Below are positions 17,176 to 18,079 of a stretch of DNA of 18,079 bases, in pieces; within the stretch, counting starts at the first letter, position 1, and the number at the start of each line of letters is the position of its first letter. The notes beneath the pieces are model-generated. The model saw nothing but the letters and a program-made list of their open reading frames with translations, had not been told where the DNA came from and did no database searches. A program made the translations under genes and the position numbers. Source of the stretch: Cyanobacteria bacterium J06626_4 (GTDB lineage Bacteria; Cyanobacteriota; Cyanobacteriia; Phormidesmidales; Phormidesmidaceae); contig JBCBJQ010000117.1 of NCBI GenBank assembly GCA_038523235.1, forward strand, positions 1 to 18,079, given 5' to 3'.

Positions 17176-17877
17176 TCAACACCAACTTTGTTGCTTCTGA
17201 GGTTGTTCGAGCAGTTCTTTAATGTTGGCTTCAATAATGCGATACCCAACATTGCCAGTCAGCAATTGACGGTCTTCATTAAAAACATAGGTTGGACTAA
17301 TCCGAATGTTTGCGTCTCGTGCCTTCTGCGTGTCTTGACATAGAACGGCATAAGCCGTTCCGTCGGTGATGCGATCTAACAACACCGCACTATCCAAACC
17401 GACATTACTTGCAACCTCAATCAACTTCGATTGCTGGGCAATATCAAATGCGTGTTCGAAAAAGGCCGTGCGCAATGCCCATGCCAACTTCTCCTCAGAT
17501 TTGGCAGGAACATCGCCCGCTATTTCCGCCAGCCTAGCTGCTGCCAACCAAAGGTGTGCGGGTGCTGATGAAGCAGGTTGAACTGTTCTCCAACAAGCAT
17601 CATTGAGTTTTACATGATCAAATCTGTCAACGACTTCTCTCACATGGGAGGCGTAGCCAGCTGCACCTCCACGTTCCTGCCACTGATTTTGTAATTTACT
17701 GGGAACGTCGCCGAATACGGGCAAGTAATGCCACAAACATTCCAATTGATTTGGAAACTGTTGCTGGAGTTCGTATGTGCGCACATGCCCGATGTATGCC
17801 CAAACGCAGAGTATGTCGGAGTAGTAGTCAATTTTTACTGTATTTTTCATATCCAACGACTGCTTAGAGAGCATCAT
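17176..17877 (-). CDS. DsbA-family (FrnE/HCCA-isomerase-like) oxidoreductase
   Basis: YYSDILCVWAYIG (CxxA in place of CxxC), cis-Pro loop ISPTYVFN, GNVGYRIIEANI and a C-terminal SWC. Confidence 0.85.
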   Translation of the reverse strand: MMLSKQSLDMKNTVKIDYYSDILCVWAYIGHVRTYELQQQFPNQLECLWHYLPVFGDVPSKLQNQWQERGGAAGYASHVREVVDRFDHVKLNDACWRTVQPASSAPAHLWLAAARLAEIAGDVPAKSEEKLAWALRTAFFEHAFDIAQQSKLIEVASNVGLDSAVLLDRITDGTAYAVLCQDTQKARDANIRISPTYVFNEDRQLLTGNVGYRIIEANIKELLEQPQKQQSWC

Positions 17878-17997
17878 TCCGCCTAATATGATGGACGCTC
17901 AAAGTCATCAGAACAACCACAAGATAAGGCTGTCGATGGCTTTTAAGGCCATTTCAATTGGGTTGACCACGTGGAATAGTACCACCCTATGCGCTGA

Positions 17998-18045
17998 GAG
18001 TATGCCGTTTAAGTGTTTGTGCCGCAGGGCAAACACTCAATACTC
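17998..18045. other. Intergenic hairpin
   Basis: AGTGTTTG pairs with CAAACACT, with outer arms GAGTAT / ATACTC. Confidence 0.4.
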
Positions 18046-18079
18046 TGGAAAGTAAGTTTTCTACCGTTCAGAGGGGGTT

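Overview
Cyanobacterial DNA: about 16 HIP1 GCGATCGC octamers counted by eye, plus cyanobacterial-type intergenic repeats. It has three blocks. (1) 1-5770: a tandem array of at least three paralogous Gly/Trp-rich membrane-protein genes (the third degraded), with a lipoprotein gene between copies 2 and 3, followed by a pentapeptide-repeat membrane protein with an AT-rich core. (2) 6200-14466: a co-oriented zinc-starvation cluster behind a Zur-type box: znuA (very long His/acidic loop), znuC, znuB, DUF1830, COG0523, folE, His-rich COG0523, cysS. Each COG0523 metallochaperone lies directly upstream of a Zn-dependent enzyme, and a structured leader precedes folE. (3) 14500-18079: a HIP1-free, foreign-looking block resembling an integrase-less integron: 41-bp direct repeats, an attI-like core, a frameshifted gene cassette and a clear 91-bp attC. 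It is followed by a selO-family gene and a convergent single-Cys DsbA/FrnE-like gene. All calls are by eye, without database searches.
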